A DNA stretch of 64,000 nucleotides from a virus (IMGVR_UViG_3300045286_000131:6728-70727), one strand, 5' to 3'. Shown: positions 47,724 to 57,141, numbered from the stretch's first letter. Program-made: numbers and translations. The notes: a model not told the origin generated them from the sequence alone.

Positions 47724-48200
47724 TTATGCGGCTGGCGGAAGCCGCTTGGCTTCGATTTGAACGCGGGCAATCGGGTGCTGCGCGCGGACGGCAGCGGCAT
47801 CGCGCAAGCGTTGTAGTGCTATGTCCTCTTGGAGTTGCGCCTGTTTCTTTTCAATCGCCTTCAGCTTGCGCCGGAGGTTTTCCGTCGTGAATGAGTCGGG
47901 CATTGATGCGTTGATGGCGTCGTCAAGAAAACCGGCATCGCCGGAAGAGCGGAAGTTCACCATCACGTCCCAGCAGGCTTCGGTTTTCGGCGGATACTTT
48001 CCGGTTGCCGGATCGCGATTCGCCGAATAATCATTCCGCGTCGTCACCTTCAGTTCAATCTTCGCGTGACCGTCCTTTGACTTGGCGAAGAGTTCGTTGG
48101 TTAATGCGGTGATGTCGAAGACTTCATCCGTTCCGTTGCCGTAGTCGAGCATGACCAACACGCGGGCCACGGGTCGTGATGTTTCTGGTTTTGTATTCAT
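47724..48200 (-). CDS. hypothetical protein
   Basis: 158 aa ORF. Confidence 0.55.
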   Translation of the reverse strand: MNTKPETSRPVARVLVMLDYGNGTDEVFDITALTNELFAKSKDGHAKIELKVTTRNDYSANRDPATGKYPPKTEACWDVMVNFRSSGDAGFLDDAINASMPDSFTTENLRRKLKAIEKKQAQLQEDIALQRLRDAAAVRAQHPIARVQIEAKRLPPAA

Positions 48201-48277
48201 AAATCAAGATGCGATATAGATTGCGATAACTGCCGCCGCGCAGATTAAAAATCCGATGGCGTCTGATATAATCGGCG

Positions 48278-48718
48278 TCATTGACCGCCTTTCGCCTTGC
48301 CGATGATTTTCTTGTAATGCGGAACGTCCTCGGCCTTGAACATCTCCAAAGATTCAGTCGCGGACTCCAAAGCCTCGACCAGTTCCCTGATGATAGGGAC
48401 TTCGATTTTGTTTTCCTCAATCTGCCACGTCAGGAGGTCGGTGCATGACTGGACATATTCAATCCAACCTTCCTCGGCATTCGGGCCGGCGTCGAAGTAT
48501 GCCGTCGCCAGCATCTTCTCATCCTCGTCCAATCCGGCCTGCTCAATCAGCGCAAGGAACGCATCGCGCTCGGTGGCGTAGGCTCCGCCGGTCGTGCCGC
48601 ATTTCGGCCCGTCCACGGCGAGCGAGTAAACAATGATGGTTTCGTATAGTCCCTCGTTGCGCTCGGCGTTCAAATAAGCCGCGTCCGCAAGGGACAATCC
48701 TTCTTTTCTGGTGTCCAT
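48278..48718 (-). CDS. hypothetical acidic protein
   Basis: Probable start MDTRKEG at 48718. Confidence 0.55.
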   Translation of the reverse strand: MDTRKEGLSLADAAYLNAERNEGLYETIIVYSLAVDGPKCGTTGGAYATERDAFLALIEQAGLDEDEKMLATAYFDAGPNAEEGWIEYVQSCTDLLTWQIEENKIEVPIIRELVEALESATESLEMFKAEDVPHYKKIIGKAKGGQ

Positions 48719-48723
48719 AGTTT

Positions 48724-49350
48724 TTATTTGTTGGTGATGGTTTCGATCAATTTTCTGGCGATGACTCCCCGGCAGTCGTCGGACGTGCAGTTGCCAAAGT
48801 TGACACCCTCGGCGTCGTTCAACTCGCGCCCGCAAAAGCGGCAAGCGCCAAACCCGTCGCTGTCGTGGTTGTCGCCAAGCAAGTCGTCGAGCGCCGACAT
48901 CAAAGCCGGCGCGGACGAAATCAAGACGGCATTTTTAAGCGCCCGTTGCTTTTTGTTGTCGGTGTGAAGGTCGCATTCGCAGTTGGCGACAATGTTTTCG
49001 TTCCCGTCGCGAACAACAATTTCTCCGGTGTCCTCATGGGTTGAAATTTTCCAAAGGTCATCGCTCCGGCTTTCGGGAACGCCAGCCGCTTCCAGAAGTT
49101 CAACGTCGCCCGGCGCGATGAAGGCCGCGAGCGATTGAAGCTCTACAAGCTCGCCTGTGCTGATGCGCTCCGCGCGCAGTTCGCCGCGCAGATATTCCAG
49201 CCGGGCAAGCTTGTCGGCCAATTCCGGCGGGTTTTTGTCTTCGACATATTTAAGCAGCGCGCCGACCGCTTCCCGCTGTTCGTGCGTCACGGTGGAAAGG
49301 AGATTACAGTTGTTCAGCATCTCCTTAACCAGTCCAATTTCTTTTTTCAT
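48724..49350 (-). CDS. modular hypothetical early protein
   Basis: Contains an NAVLISSAPAL module and CRFC; AAAGGCACAAAATG leader. Confidence 0.6.
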   Translation of the reverse strand: MKKEIGLVKEMLNNCNLLSTVTHEQREAVGALLKYVEDKNPPELADKLARLEYLRGELRAERISTGELVELQSLAAFIAPGDVELLEAAGVPESRSDDLWKISTHEDTGEIVVRDGNENIVANCECDLHTDNKKQRALKNAVLISSAPALMSALDDLLGDNHDSDGFGACRFCGRELNDAEGVNFGNCTSDDCRGVIARKLIETITNK

Positions 49351-49374
49351 TTTGTGCCTTTTTGGTTGTGCAGC

Positions 49375-49800
49375 TTAAAACATTTCAAGCTGCGGTTGTT
49401 TGTTTGTCTCTACTCCCTCGGCCTGAACCGTCGCCAAGACTGCCGGCGGCTCAAGCTCGAAATCGCATTCAATCCGCGAAGCCAGTTCCCGCTTCCGCGC
49501 GGCCTCGCCCAGATACTTTTTCCAGTTGCCAAGATATTCGTCCCGCCGATGGATTGATTCGTTGGCCCGCTTCAATTCGTAAGCGCCCATGTTTTCAAGC
49601 TCTTCGGCCTCGGCGCGCAGTTGTGCAACTTTGCCGGCGGCGTTTTCTCGGTCGTCGCGCGCCAGTTCCCTTATTAAATCAGTCTGGCCGCGCGCACCCT
49701 CCAATTGCCAAAGCTGGCGCTCGCCCCGAAAGTCGAGACAGCCGGCGGCTTTGAGTTCCAAGAGCCGGTTTATTTTCCGGTCTAGTTCGGTCGGCGTCAT
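49375..49800 (-). CDS. hypothetical coiled-coil protein
   Basis: 141 aa ORF. Confidence 0.55.
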   Translation of the reverse strand: MTPTELDRKINRLLELKAAGCLDFRGERQLWQLEGARGQTDLIRELARDDRENAAGKVAQLRAEAEELENMGAYELKRANESIHRRDEYLGNWKKYLGEAARKRELASRIECDFELEPPAVLATVQAEGVETNKQPQLEMF

Positions 49801-50480
49801 TGTTCAATCTCCTTCGGTTTCATCGCCTGAAGTTTGGCGCTGATTTCTTCCGGCGGAACCGCAAACCGGATTTGCCGGCCTAGCTCGACCGCTACCGCGT
49901 AAGGATGCAGGCCCAGCCCGGCGACGTGTCCCACCGCTTTTTTCTTCGCGCGTCCAATCGGCTTTGAAACCATGCGGCGCGGCAATGGCTGGCCGGCGGG
50001 CTTTTCCTCGTTCATCATGCCATCATACAAGCCGCGCAGGAACAAGGAGCGATCCGCAGGCGCAACTGTCGGGAAGGTTTGAAACTGTCCCCAAAGCTGC
50101 CGGAAACCGCCGGCAATGGTCGCGGCTATCGCCTGAAGCTTTTCCCCGGTTGCCGGCGTCACTTCGGCAAAACAGGCATCGCCGCGAAACGTGCAAACGA
50201 CCGAGCAAGAATTTTCGATTGCCCATTTGACGGTCGCGGCTAAATCCGTTTCCCCGGGCCCGAAGCTTGCCACCTGTTCAAGCCGGCCCGGATACCGTTG
50301 GAAACTGCCGGCGAATAATCCATCTTTGGCAACGCAGACTTGCCCGAAGTCAAAACGGGCTTCCAGCCGGTCAAGCTTGCGGCGCGCGGCTGTCCCCTCG
50401 TCCATCGTTCCCGGCGCGGCAATCAGGGCTAGAAGCTTTTCCCGTAGCCGGCGCGCGGCGTTTGTGGCTGGCGTCTTCAT
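49797..50480 (-). CDS. DUF2786-like N-terminal domain protein
   Basis: REKLLAL...GTMDEG.AARRKL..L. Confidence 0.5.
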   Translation of the reverse strand: MKTPATNAARRLREKLLALIAAPGTMDEGTAARRKLDRLEARFDFGQVCVAKDGLFAGSFQRYPGRLEQVASFGPGETDLAATVKWAIENSCSVVCTFRGDACFAEVTPATGEKLQAIAATIAGGFRQLWGQFQTFPTVAPADRSLFLRGLYDGMMNEEKPAGQPLPRRMVSKPIGRAKKKAVGHVAGLGLHPYAVAVELGRQIRFAVPPEEISAKLQAMKPKEIEQ

Positions 50481-50740
50481 TCTCCGGCCTCCAATGCTTT
50501 TTTGATGGCGAGCCGCGCCGCTTTGATTTCCGGCCTCCGTTCCCTTTCGTCGTTCCCGTTCCCGGCGTATTGCTTCAAAAAGAGTTCCACGGCGCGCAGC
50601 AACTCCGGGCCGGCTTTGTTGGCCCCGGCAACGTCCCAATGACAAGCCGGGCAAATCATGGTTTGCCGGCGCGCGGGATCGCTGGCCGGAATTAAAACGA
50701 GTTCGCAGCGCGGGCAAAGTGGCAGGTTACAAATTGGCAT
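50477..50740 (-). CDS. Zn-ribbon hypothetical protein
   Basis: CPRC..CPAC, GPELL..ARLAIKKA. Confidence 0.5.
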   Translation of the reverse strand: MPICNLPLCPRCELVLIPASDPARRQTMICPACHWDVAGANKAGPELLRAVELFLKQYAGNGNDERERRPEIKAARLAIKKALEAGE

Positions 50741-50851
50741 AAGATAAAAAAAGCCGCGCAACCTTCCGCCCCTGAAACCCTGAAACGGTCAGGGGAAAGG
50801 CGGGGACGAAAGGCGCGCGGAAAAATTTCATAAACCTTTTTTTGCGGCGGG

Positions 50852-51709
50852 TTACTTCGCGGCGGGTTCATGCCAGCCGCACATTTGACACCAAGAGCCA
50901 TTGCAAGGGTGTTGCATCGAATACTGGCCGGGGCATTCTTCCGGCGTCGGCTTCTGGCTCATCACTTCCCACCAGTTTCCCGGCGACTCGAAAGCCGCCG
51001 CGATTAGCTCCGGCGTCGGGTTAAATTCGGGATAGTAGCGACGGACTATGACCGTTCCCGAATGGTTTTCAGGCGTGGCAACCTCGGCGCAAAGCCGCTT
51101 CACGCGCGCATTTTTCTCGCGGATGTCGGCAACAAATTTTTCCTGCTCTTCCTTGCGCCACTTGTCGAAGGCTTCATGCTCCTTCGCCCATTTCAAAAGG
51201 AAAGCTTCGTCTTCAATCCGCCCAAAAGGCGTATCGCCGCAGCATCCGCCCGGCCAAATCAACATTGAATCATGCCAATTTTTACCGGCGGCGCGCAGTT
51301 CGGGAACTTGGTAGCAATGCCGGTGGTGGCTAAACGTCGCCGCAATCCATGCAACGGTGCGCGGGTGGTCAATCGGAAGTTTGTTCCAGATGCGGAGAAA
51401 AATCTTTTCGCGAAACTTCATCCAGTCATCCCACGATTTACAGGACGCGGGCCATTTTGCATTTTCGATTTCAAAATGATTTCCATCGTGCGTTATGACC
51501 ATGCGTGACCCGGTTTGCGGGTCGTTTCCTTGGCTGTTGTAAATCGAGCGTAGAAAGTAGGTCGGGAAGCCGGGCGGATCGCCCGCGCAACCGCTGCCCA
51601 TGTCGCCGGAAAAATGGCAACCGGCGCGAATTGTGGCGCGTTTCAATTTGTAGAGTTCCGCAAGGTTGATTGTCTCAAAGCTTGCGATTTGCGAGCGTGT
51701 TTTTTTCAT
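50852..51709 (-). CDS. hypothetical protein
   Basis: 285 aa, C-terminal Cys cluster. Confidence 0.65.
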   Translation of the reverse strand: MKKTRSQIASFETINLAELYKLKRATIRAGCHFSGDMGSGCAGDPPGFPTYFLRSIYNSQGNDPQTGSRMVITHDGNHFEIENAKWPASCKSWDDWMKFREKIFLRIWNKLPIDHPRTVAWIAATFSHHRHCYQVPELRAAGKNWHDSMLIWPGGCCGDTPFGRIEDEAFLLKWAKEHEAFDKWRKEEQEKFVADIREKNARVKRLCAEVATPENHSGTVIVRRYYPEFNPTPELIAAAFESPGNWWEVMSQKPTPEECPGQYSMQHPCNGSWCQMCGWHEPAAK

Positions 51710-51796
51710 TTTGTGCCTTTGTTTTTGTTTGTTGTTTTCAGCCTGTGAAGGCTTCAGCCCGGAGCCGGCAACCCTGCCCGCTCCGGGGTGAAACTG

Positions 51797-52264
51797 TCAA
51801 AGCTTGGCAAGAGCGTTTAGAGATTCAGACAACTCGTTCCGCTTGTCGTTGCATTGCCGGTTGATTGCCTCTTTGTAATGCGCCAGCAGGTTGACCGTCT
51901 CGGCCTCGCATTTCTTCAGCGCGCCGGCCTTGGTGCTGCTCGCCTCTTCCAATGAGGGGCGAGACACTATTGTCCCGAAGACATCAAACACAACAGCGCG
52001 AAAACCGCGCCGCGTGTTGTTCATGTCGAGGGCGTCAGAAGTCACCAGCAGGAACAAAAGCCCGCCATGAATCGCGCGGGCTGAAACCACGCGCGACTTG
52101 TGCCATTTTAGAGTGTCATTGTCAACGTAGTGTGTCCGTCCGTTTAAGTTGCGCTGCGCGTTTGTCTTCGCGTCGTCGCCGTGGCGGTCGAATGTCGTAA
52201 TGTTTAACTCCCTGATTGCCTCACGGATTTTTTTCAGGTCGTTTTCTGTGCTGTCTGTTTTCAT
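51797..52264 (-). CDS. hypothetical early protein
   Basis: THYVDNDTLKWHKSRV motif; probable start 52264. Confidence 0.6.
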   Translation of the reverse strand: MKTDSTENDLKKIREAIRELNITTFDRHGDDAKTNAQRNLNGRTHYVDNDTLKWHKSRVVSARAIHGGLLFLLVTSDALDMNNTRRGFRAVVFDVFGTIVSRPSLEEASSTKAGALKKCEAETVNLLAHYKEAINRQCNDKRNELSESLNALAKL

Positions 52265-52356
52265 CGTTTTTTTGCCTTTCGTGTTGTGTTGTTTACTGTC
52301 GCGGATGTTCCCGCAGTCTAGGCCCGGCAACCTTGCCCGGCCCAGAGTGCGAACCA

Positions 52357-52902
52357 CTACGCGCCAAGACCTAGAAAAAATTCATCCTGCCGCGCCGGCT
52401 TCACCGGAACCGCAAAGGACGTTTCCGCGCGAACCTCGAAGGGACAGGCGGAAACCGCCGCCGAAATCGGCTTGTTAATCTCCGCATCCACTTTCCGGCG
52501 CGCTTCCCGTTCCGCTTCTTCCTTGTCCGCCTGCGCCTGATATTCGCCGGCAATCGCCAGCAACCGAAGCGCCGCCGCGCTCCCGCCGTTCAGCCATGCG
52601 CGCGGCTCCTTCATGTAATCCGGGGAGCCTTGCACCGTCGCCACCGCATAAAAAATGCTGCGCGCGTCGAAGCATTCAGGGAACGCCAGCGCCGCCAATG
52701 CCCAATCACAATCCTCTTCCAGCCATTGCTCGCCCCCGTAGCTGCATTGAGTCGGGAAGAGCGCCCGCAATTTCTGCCAGCGTTCCGGGCTTAACCAGTA
52801 GCCGCCATGACCGGCGGTGTCACACTGAACCAAGCCGGGCGCAATCTGCTTTTGATGCTGCACCCGGCCCCAAGGGGTTGACGTCGTGAATTTTTGAATC
52901 AT
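52357..52902 (-). CDS. DUF7007-like protein
   Basis: TPWG..Q..IAPG..TAGHGGYWLS..EEDCDWA. Confidence 0.7.
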   Translation of the reverse strand: MIQKFTTSTPWGRVQHQKQIAPGLVQCDTAGHGGYWLSPERWQKLRALFPTQCSYGGEQWLEEDCDWALAALAFPECFDARSIFYAVATVQGSPDYMKEPRAWLNGGSAAALRLLAIAGEYQAQADKEEAEREARRKVDAEINKPISAAVSACPFEVRAETSFAVPVKPARQDEFFLGLGA

Positions 52903-52906
52903 AAAA

Positions 52907-53128
52907 TTAAATCTTATTCCAAGTTCCTTTGCCGTCCCCGGTGAGTTCGCCCAAGTCGCGCAGCTTTTGCAACTGCTGCCGAATCTTCGCTTGAACGTGC
53001 GAGTTTTCAGGATGAGCCGCCGCCAGCTTTTTCTCGCCGGCCTCATAGACGTTTTTTGTCGTGAAGCTGGCCGGCAGAGCCGCAACAATCGCGCGGACAT
53101 CGGGAAGCCATTTAGATTTTGCGCTCAT
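52907..53128 (-). CDS. stand-alone DpnI C-terminal-like winged-helix domain
   Basis: FTTKNVY...L...HPENSHVQAKIRQQLQKLRDLG....GKGTW. Confidence 0.8.
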   Translation of the reverse strand: MSAKSKWLPDVRAIVAALPASFTTKNVYEAGEKKLAAAHPENSHVQAKIRQQLQKLRDLGELTGDGKGTWNKI

Positions 53129-53421
53129 TTCGCGGCCTTTCCTTCGTGGATTGCGGCGAGGTTGGCGAGGGCTTTGTCCATTTCGGTGCGCTTCAATGAT
53201 TCGACTCCGCAAATGACCGCAAGCCGCCTTGCCGCTTCCGCCACCGCGACGAGCGCGGCGTGTTCGGACTGATTGCGGACAATCTGTTTTGAGTTCGCTT
53301 CCAGCCAATGCGATGTCCGCAGGCACGAGCTAGGCAAATGCCCGATGCGGGCATGATTGCAGAATGATTCAATGTCTAGCGCAGTTGGAATTTTTGCCGC
53401 CGTGTTTTGGTTTGTTTTCAT
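53125..53421 (-). CDS. hypothetical protein, first gene of the early operon
   Basis: 98 aa, downstream of a strong promoter. Confidence 0.55.
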   Translation of the reverse strand: MKTNQNTAAKIPTALDIESFCNHARIGHLPSSCLRTSHWLEANSKQIVRNQSEHAALVAVAEAARRLAVICGVESLKRTEMDKALANLAAIHEGKAAK

Positions 53422-53465
53422 GTTTTCGCCTTTGTTTTCAATGTTTTTGTTTCAACCGTCGCCAC

Positions 53466-53510
53466 AGTCTAAACCTTTCGTTAGGTTGTTGCAAGAAAAA
53501 AAAGAAAAAT
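53466..53510 (-). promoter_or_regulatory. strong sigma70-type early promoter
   Basis: - strand TTGCAA-17 bp-TAGACT with an upstream A/T tract (UP-like). Confidence 0.65.
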
Positions 53511-53549
53511 CTTTTCGCCTGTTTTTTCAGGCGGAAAAAGGGAAGGAAA

Positions 53550-54338
53550 TCAGGACGGAAAACCGGGCCGGCGCTGGCTGAAGATGGAAGGCGGGCGCGG
53601 CGCTGCTTTTGGCTCCGAAGGGGTAAAATTGCCCGCTGTCCTCACCCTGCCGGCATCCGTCAAACTCGCTGGCGGGCATCCTGGCGCGTCCGTTTTTCCG
53701 GTTTCGGTCGTCTCCGGCGGATTTTCCGCCTTTGGCGCTTCCACCGGCCCCGGCTCGACCGCAGGCGCATCCGCCCCGGTTTCCGCCGTCGGCGCTGCCG
53801 GAGTCTGTCCGGCTTCCGGTGGAAGGATGGATGCGGGAAGCTTCAGCCGGTCGGGATCGCGCTCGGTCACACCGGCATGAAGCGCCGCGCGTCCGGCTTC
53901 AAAATCATCTCCGGCCCCGTCGGCCTCGACCGCCATCCGTTCCCGCGCCGAAGTCCCGCCGCCGGCTTTCTTTGCCAGAAATCGCCGCTGGGCTTCCCGG
54001 TTTTGTGTCCGTCTGGTTTCCTCGTCCCGGATGGCGCGATATTTCGCACCGTTCACCACCTGAAACAGAAATTGCCCCAGCCGCACCAGTCGCCGCCCGT
54101 CCTGCTCTTTTGACCGGCTAAAGGGGTCAGGCTGGCAAAGAAAGTCAATCGCCTCGGCAACGTCCTTTTCCGCCTCGCCCAAGATGGCAGACAAAAGCCG
54201 GGGATTTAGCTCGACCACGGAACCATATTGCCGGCTGGGTTTCTGGGTGGCGATGACAAAGCCCCAGACAGCGAACCGGACAGCCCCAGCGCCGACCATG
54301 CTCCCAGAATAAAGAGATTCAAAAAGCTTTCCAAACAT
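53550..54338 (-). CDS. replication-initiator-like N-terminal wHTH protein with Pro/Ala-rich tail
   Basis: MFGKLFESLYSGSM..PDPFSRS..DGRRL..VVNGAKYR..R..NREAQRRF. Confidence 0.55.
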   Translation of the reverse strand: MFGKLFESLYSGSMVGAGAVRFAVWGFVIATQKPSRQYGSVVELNPRLLSAILGEAEKDVAEAIDFLCQPDPFSRSKEQDGRRLVRLGQFLFQVVNGAKYRAIRDEETRRTQNREAQRRFLAKKAGGGTSARERMAVEADGAGDDFEAGRAALHAGVTERDPDRLKLPASILPPEAGQTPAAPTAETGADAPAVEPGPVEAPKAENPPETTETGKTDAPGCPPASLTDAGRVRTAGNFTPSEPKAAPRPPSIFSQRRPGFPS

Positions 54339-54409
54339 GAGAAACATATTGCAAACAAAGGCCAAATCAGTCAATAAGCAAAGAAGATTATTTAAGCAGG
54401 ATTAAGCCC

Positions 54410-54433
54410 AAGCAGAAGCAGAAGCAGAAGCAG
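54410..54433 (+). repeat. (AAGCAG)4 tandem repeat
   Basis: Seen directly; preceded by three TAAGC motifs at 54375-54407. Confidence 0.9.
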
Positions 54434-54867
54434 AGGAAAAACGCCGATTTTGGCCTCGTAAACCCCCCAGCCGGCACAGGTTGACGCAGACCGAAATCAG
54501 GGGAAGCGAAGAAGGGGAAACACCGAGCGTTTTCTCCGCGCGTCCTTCGACCGCAAAAACAGTCTTCATCCGCCGGCGACGGCTCGGCTAGATGACCGGA
54601 ACGGCTTCAGGTGGCATTTTGCCGGCTCTTGTGGTGTCCCTTTTGGCGGTTTCAACCCAGAACTGGCGGGAATCTTTATCTTTGTAAGTGGTTGCAAAAC
54701 AAGGGGTGCGCCTTGTGGTCGAACTAAAGACAACTAATGTTGTGCAACCTTAATTACTCCCAGACCCCCTCCCCCATTTCGGGGGGACTGCCCCTAGCGC
54801 GACCAAATCAGGTCGTATCCCCCTCTGCTTCCCTCAAAGCCATTTTGTTTTTCGGCCTTTTTGCTGG

Positions 54868-54896
54868 GATTTCCGCAAGATTTCCGCAAGATTTCC
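54868..54896 (+). repeat. GATTTCCGCAA tandem repeat (about 2.6 copies)
   Basis: gatttccgcaagatttccgcaagatttcc, followed by tctcctgaga x2. Confidence 0.85.
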
Positions 54897-55013
54897 CTCT
54901 GTCTCCGGTTGGCGTCTCCTGAGAATTCTCCTGAGACAGTGAGTTTTCGGATCGCGGTTTCCGTTTCCTTGGGTTTCGGGCAGCAATTCCGCTATCTCGC
55001 TTAATAGTGCAAT

Positions 55014-55385
55014 TTAGGGCTTACCTCGCTTGTTAGTGCGTTTTGGCTGTGGCGGGTAGTTTTTGGTGAAAAGCGTCTGGGAGGCTGTAGGAGGCGTTTT
55101 GATGATGTCCGTCCACCTTGCTCCCTCTGGGATGACGACTGACGCGCGGAAGGCGGCGTAGCGTTGCGCTGCGGTGGGTTTTGGTTGATGGTTCATGTCC
55201 GGTTTATCTTTTCGAGGATTTCGGCCTGCTGGGCCTTTGGGAGTCCTTTCAGGAAGCAGGAGCGCCATTCCGGGGGGGCAGGCGAGGTAGTCTTGGACAA
55301 GGCGGGCGGTGAGCTTGTCGTTGTAGTCGGGGTCGGTTCTTTCGTAGGAGCCGGAGTTGCCGGATTGAAGGCGCTTGGTTTTCAT
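55014..55385 (-). CDS. basic Pro-rich hypothetical protein
   Basis: Start MKTKRLQ overlaps the upstream TGA. Confidence 0.45.
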   Translation of the reverse strand: MKTKRLQSGNSGSYERTDPDYNDKLTARLVQDYLACPPGMALLLPERTPKGPAGRNPRKDKPDMNHQPKPTAAQRYAAFRASVVIPEGARWTDIIKTPPTASQTLFTKNYPPQPKRTNKRGKP

Positions 55386-55791
55386 CGGTTGACTCCCCAG
55401 ACAGGCAGCGGGGTTGTGGACGGCACAATCCAGAGATGCCTCAGGTTGGCGACGTTCACGGTATGGTCGGCCGGCGGGTAGATTTCGACGGCGATGTGGC
55501 GGTCGAAGCCAAGGTCGTTTTTGATGGCTTGGAGTTCGTCCCAAGTGATGCCGTCTTTCCAGTTGCCGTGGCGGTCAACGTCGGTGCGGTTGATGGACAG
55601 GCGGATGATGCCGTCGTGTTCGACGAACTCTTGGACGAGGAAATGGCGGGAGCGCCAGACACGGTTGCGCCATTTGGCGGTGAAGTCATCCGGTGCCGGG
55701 TTCCATGTTCGGGCGGGATTGAAGTGAAGGCGTTGCCGTATTTCCGGTTCTCGGCCCGCATGAGGGAGACGGCCTGCTTGGAAGGTTTCAT
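55382..55791 (-). pseudogene. frameshifted conserved phage protein (DUF7694-like)
   Basis: MKPSKQ..PPE continues after a 1-nt shift near 55706 as WNPAP..WKDGITWDELQAIK..AVEIYPP..VNVANLRHLW, ending at a TGA coupled to the next ATG. Confidence 0.7.
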
Positions 55792-56351
55792 CTCCGTTTT
55801 TCGGGTTCGATGTATTTCACGCCGCAGAGTTCAAACAAGTGTTGCTCGGACTCGGCGCGGATGATTTTGCCGCCGCCTGTGGTAATGCCGGCCCCGTAGG
55901 CGTTGAGCGTGTTGCCGGCGCGCTGGGCGCTGGTGGTGAGCAGCAGGTTTGTGTCCTTGCCGCCGGTTCGGATCACCAGACTGGTAAACCAGTTGTCATC
56001 GGTGGTGGCAAAGAAGTCAATCGGGATGCCGCTGGCGACATGGACGGCCAGCTTGTTCTTCAGTCCCCAAGTGACGGAGCCGCGAGTGTTCGGGCGCTGG
56101 CGGATGGTGCCGAAGCGGAGCAGCTTGTTGATGGCGTCGTCGGCCATGTCGTATTTTTCCTTGGTAAGCATATCGGCGTCACGTTCGCCGGTCTTCGGGA
56201 TGAAGAGCAGTTCGATGTCGCCAACTTCGGGCTTGTTGCGCCGGATGCTGCCGGCGACTTCAATGCGCTCGCAGAACGGGGACAGGGCGAGGACGAAGGT
56301 TTGGGCGACGGCCAATGCCTTGTCGCGCGGATGTTTGATTTTGTCAGTCAT
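55788..56351 (-). CDS. minimal family X DNA polymerase-like nucleotidyltransferase
   Basis: AGSIRR..VGDIELL, IDFF, RTGG, LNAYG, YIEPEKR. Confidence 0.85.
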   Translation of the reverse strand: MTDKIKHPRDKALAVAQTFVLALSPFCERIEVAGSIRRNKPEVGDIELLFIPKTGERDADMLTKEKYDMADDAINKLLRFGTIRQRPNTRGSVTWGLKNKLAVHVASGIPIDFFATTDDNWFTSLVIRTGGKDTNLLLTTSAQRAGNTLNAYGAGITTGGGKIIRAESEQHLFELCGVKYIEPEKRR

Positions 56352-56970
56352 GTTTTTGCGGGGTTAAAAATTCAAGAGTCCATTGCTCGGCCATCGCGTC
56401 GGCGATGCCTTGAAACGTCCGGCTTCGCTCTTTCCAGCGTTCCGGCCCGGGTGGCAGGTAGTGAAGGCGCTGGCGCTGGTTGGCCGGCAAGCGGAGCATG
56501 GCTTCGCGGACGTTTTTTGTCGGCATCAACTTCGGCAGATTTTTCAGCCACAGGCAGGTTGCCTTCTGCTCCATGTGTCCAAACATCCACGGCTGGATGA
56601 CTTGGGCCTGCTCGACGCCGATCAGGCGCTTTGCGTATTTGTGCATCACCGGATTCTCGACGGCGATTCTGGCAACCGGGGCGTCGAGCATTTCGAGGAA
56701 AAAGTCGGCGGCGTCAAACAGCTTCGGCCAGCGCGCGGCATCCTTGTGCAGCCAGCAGACGCCGGAGTTGGTCATGTAAGTGCAAGTAGGATGGGCAATC
56801 AGGATGTCCCAGCCGTTGCCAAGAATCTCGCGGACATCCCCTTGGTGGTGGTTGCCGGGTTTCTCAGCCGGCAACAAGTCGCACGACCACGCATCCCAGC
56901 CGTGCCTTGCAAATGCGTCCCTGACTGTCCCGCTGTATTCGCAGGCAACCAGAACACGTCCTACGCGCAT
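56344..56970 (-). CDS. phage DNA cytosine methyltransferase-like protein
   Basis: VLVACEYSG, AHPTCT, VENP, QPWMFG, RSRTFQGIADAMA. Confidence 0.75.
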   Translation of the reverse strand: MRVGRVLVACEYSGTVRDAFARHGWDAWSCDLLPAEKPGNHHQGDVREILGNGWDILIAHPTCTYMTNSGVCWLHKDAARWPKLFDAADFFLEMLDAPVARIAVENPVMHKYAKRLIGVEQAQVIQPWMFGHMEQKATCLWLKNLPKLMPTKNVREAMLRLPANQRQRLHYLPPGPERWKERSRTFQGIADAMAEQWTLEFLTPQKHD

Positions 56971-57125
56971 AACGCATTCTGGTAAACGATTTCGGCGACG
57001 GCGGATTTCGCTTCCGTCTCCGCCTGCTTCACCTGTTCGGTGGTTGGCTCCCCGGCTTCGGACATCATTCCAAGCCGCTCCTGAAAGCGGTAGTTGAACT
57101 CTTCTTTTTTCTCCTGTGCATTCAT
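56961..57125 (-). CDS. hypothetical protein
   Basis: MNAQEKKEEFNYRFQERLGM; 54 aa. Confidence 0.45.
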   Translation of the reverse strand: MNAQEKKEEFNYRFQERLGMMSEAGEPTTEQVKQAETEAKSAVAEIVYQNALCA

Positions 57126-57141
57126 AATTTTTTTGGTGTTG

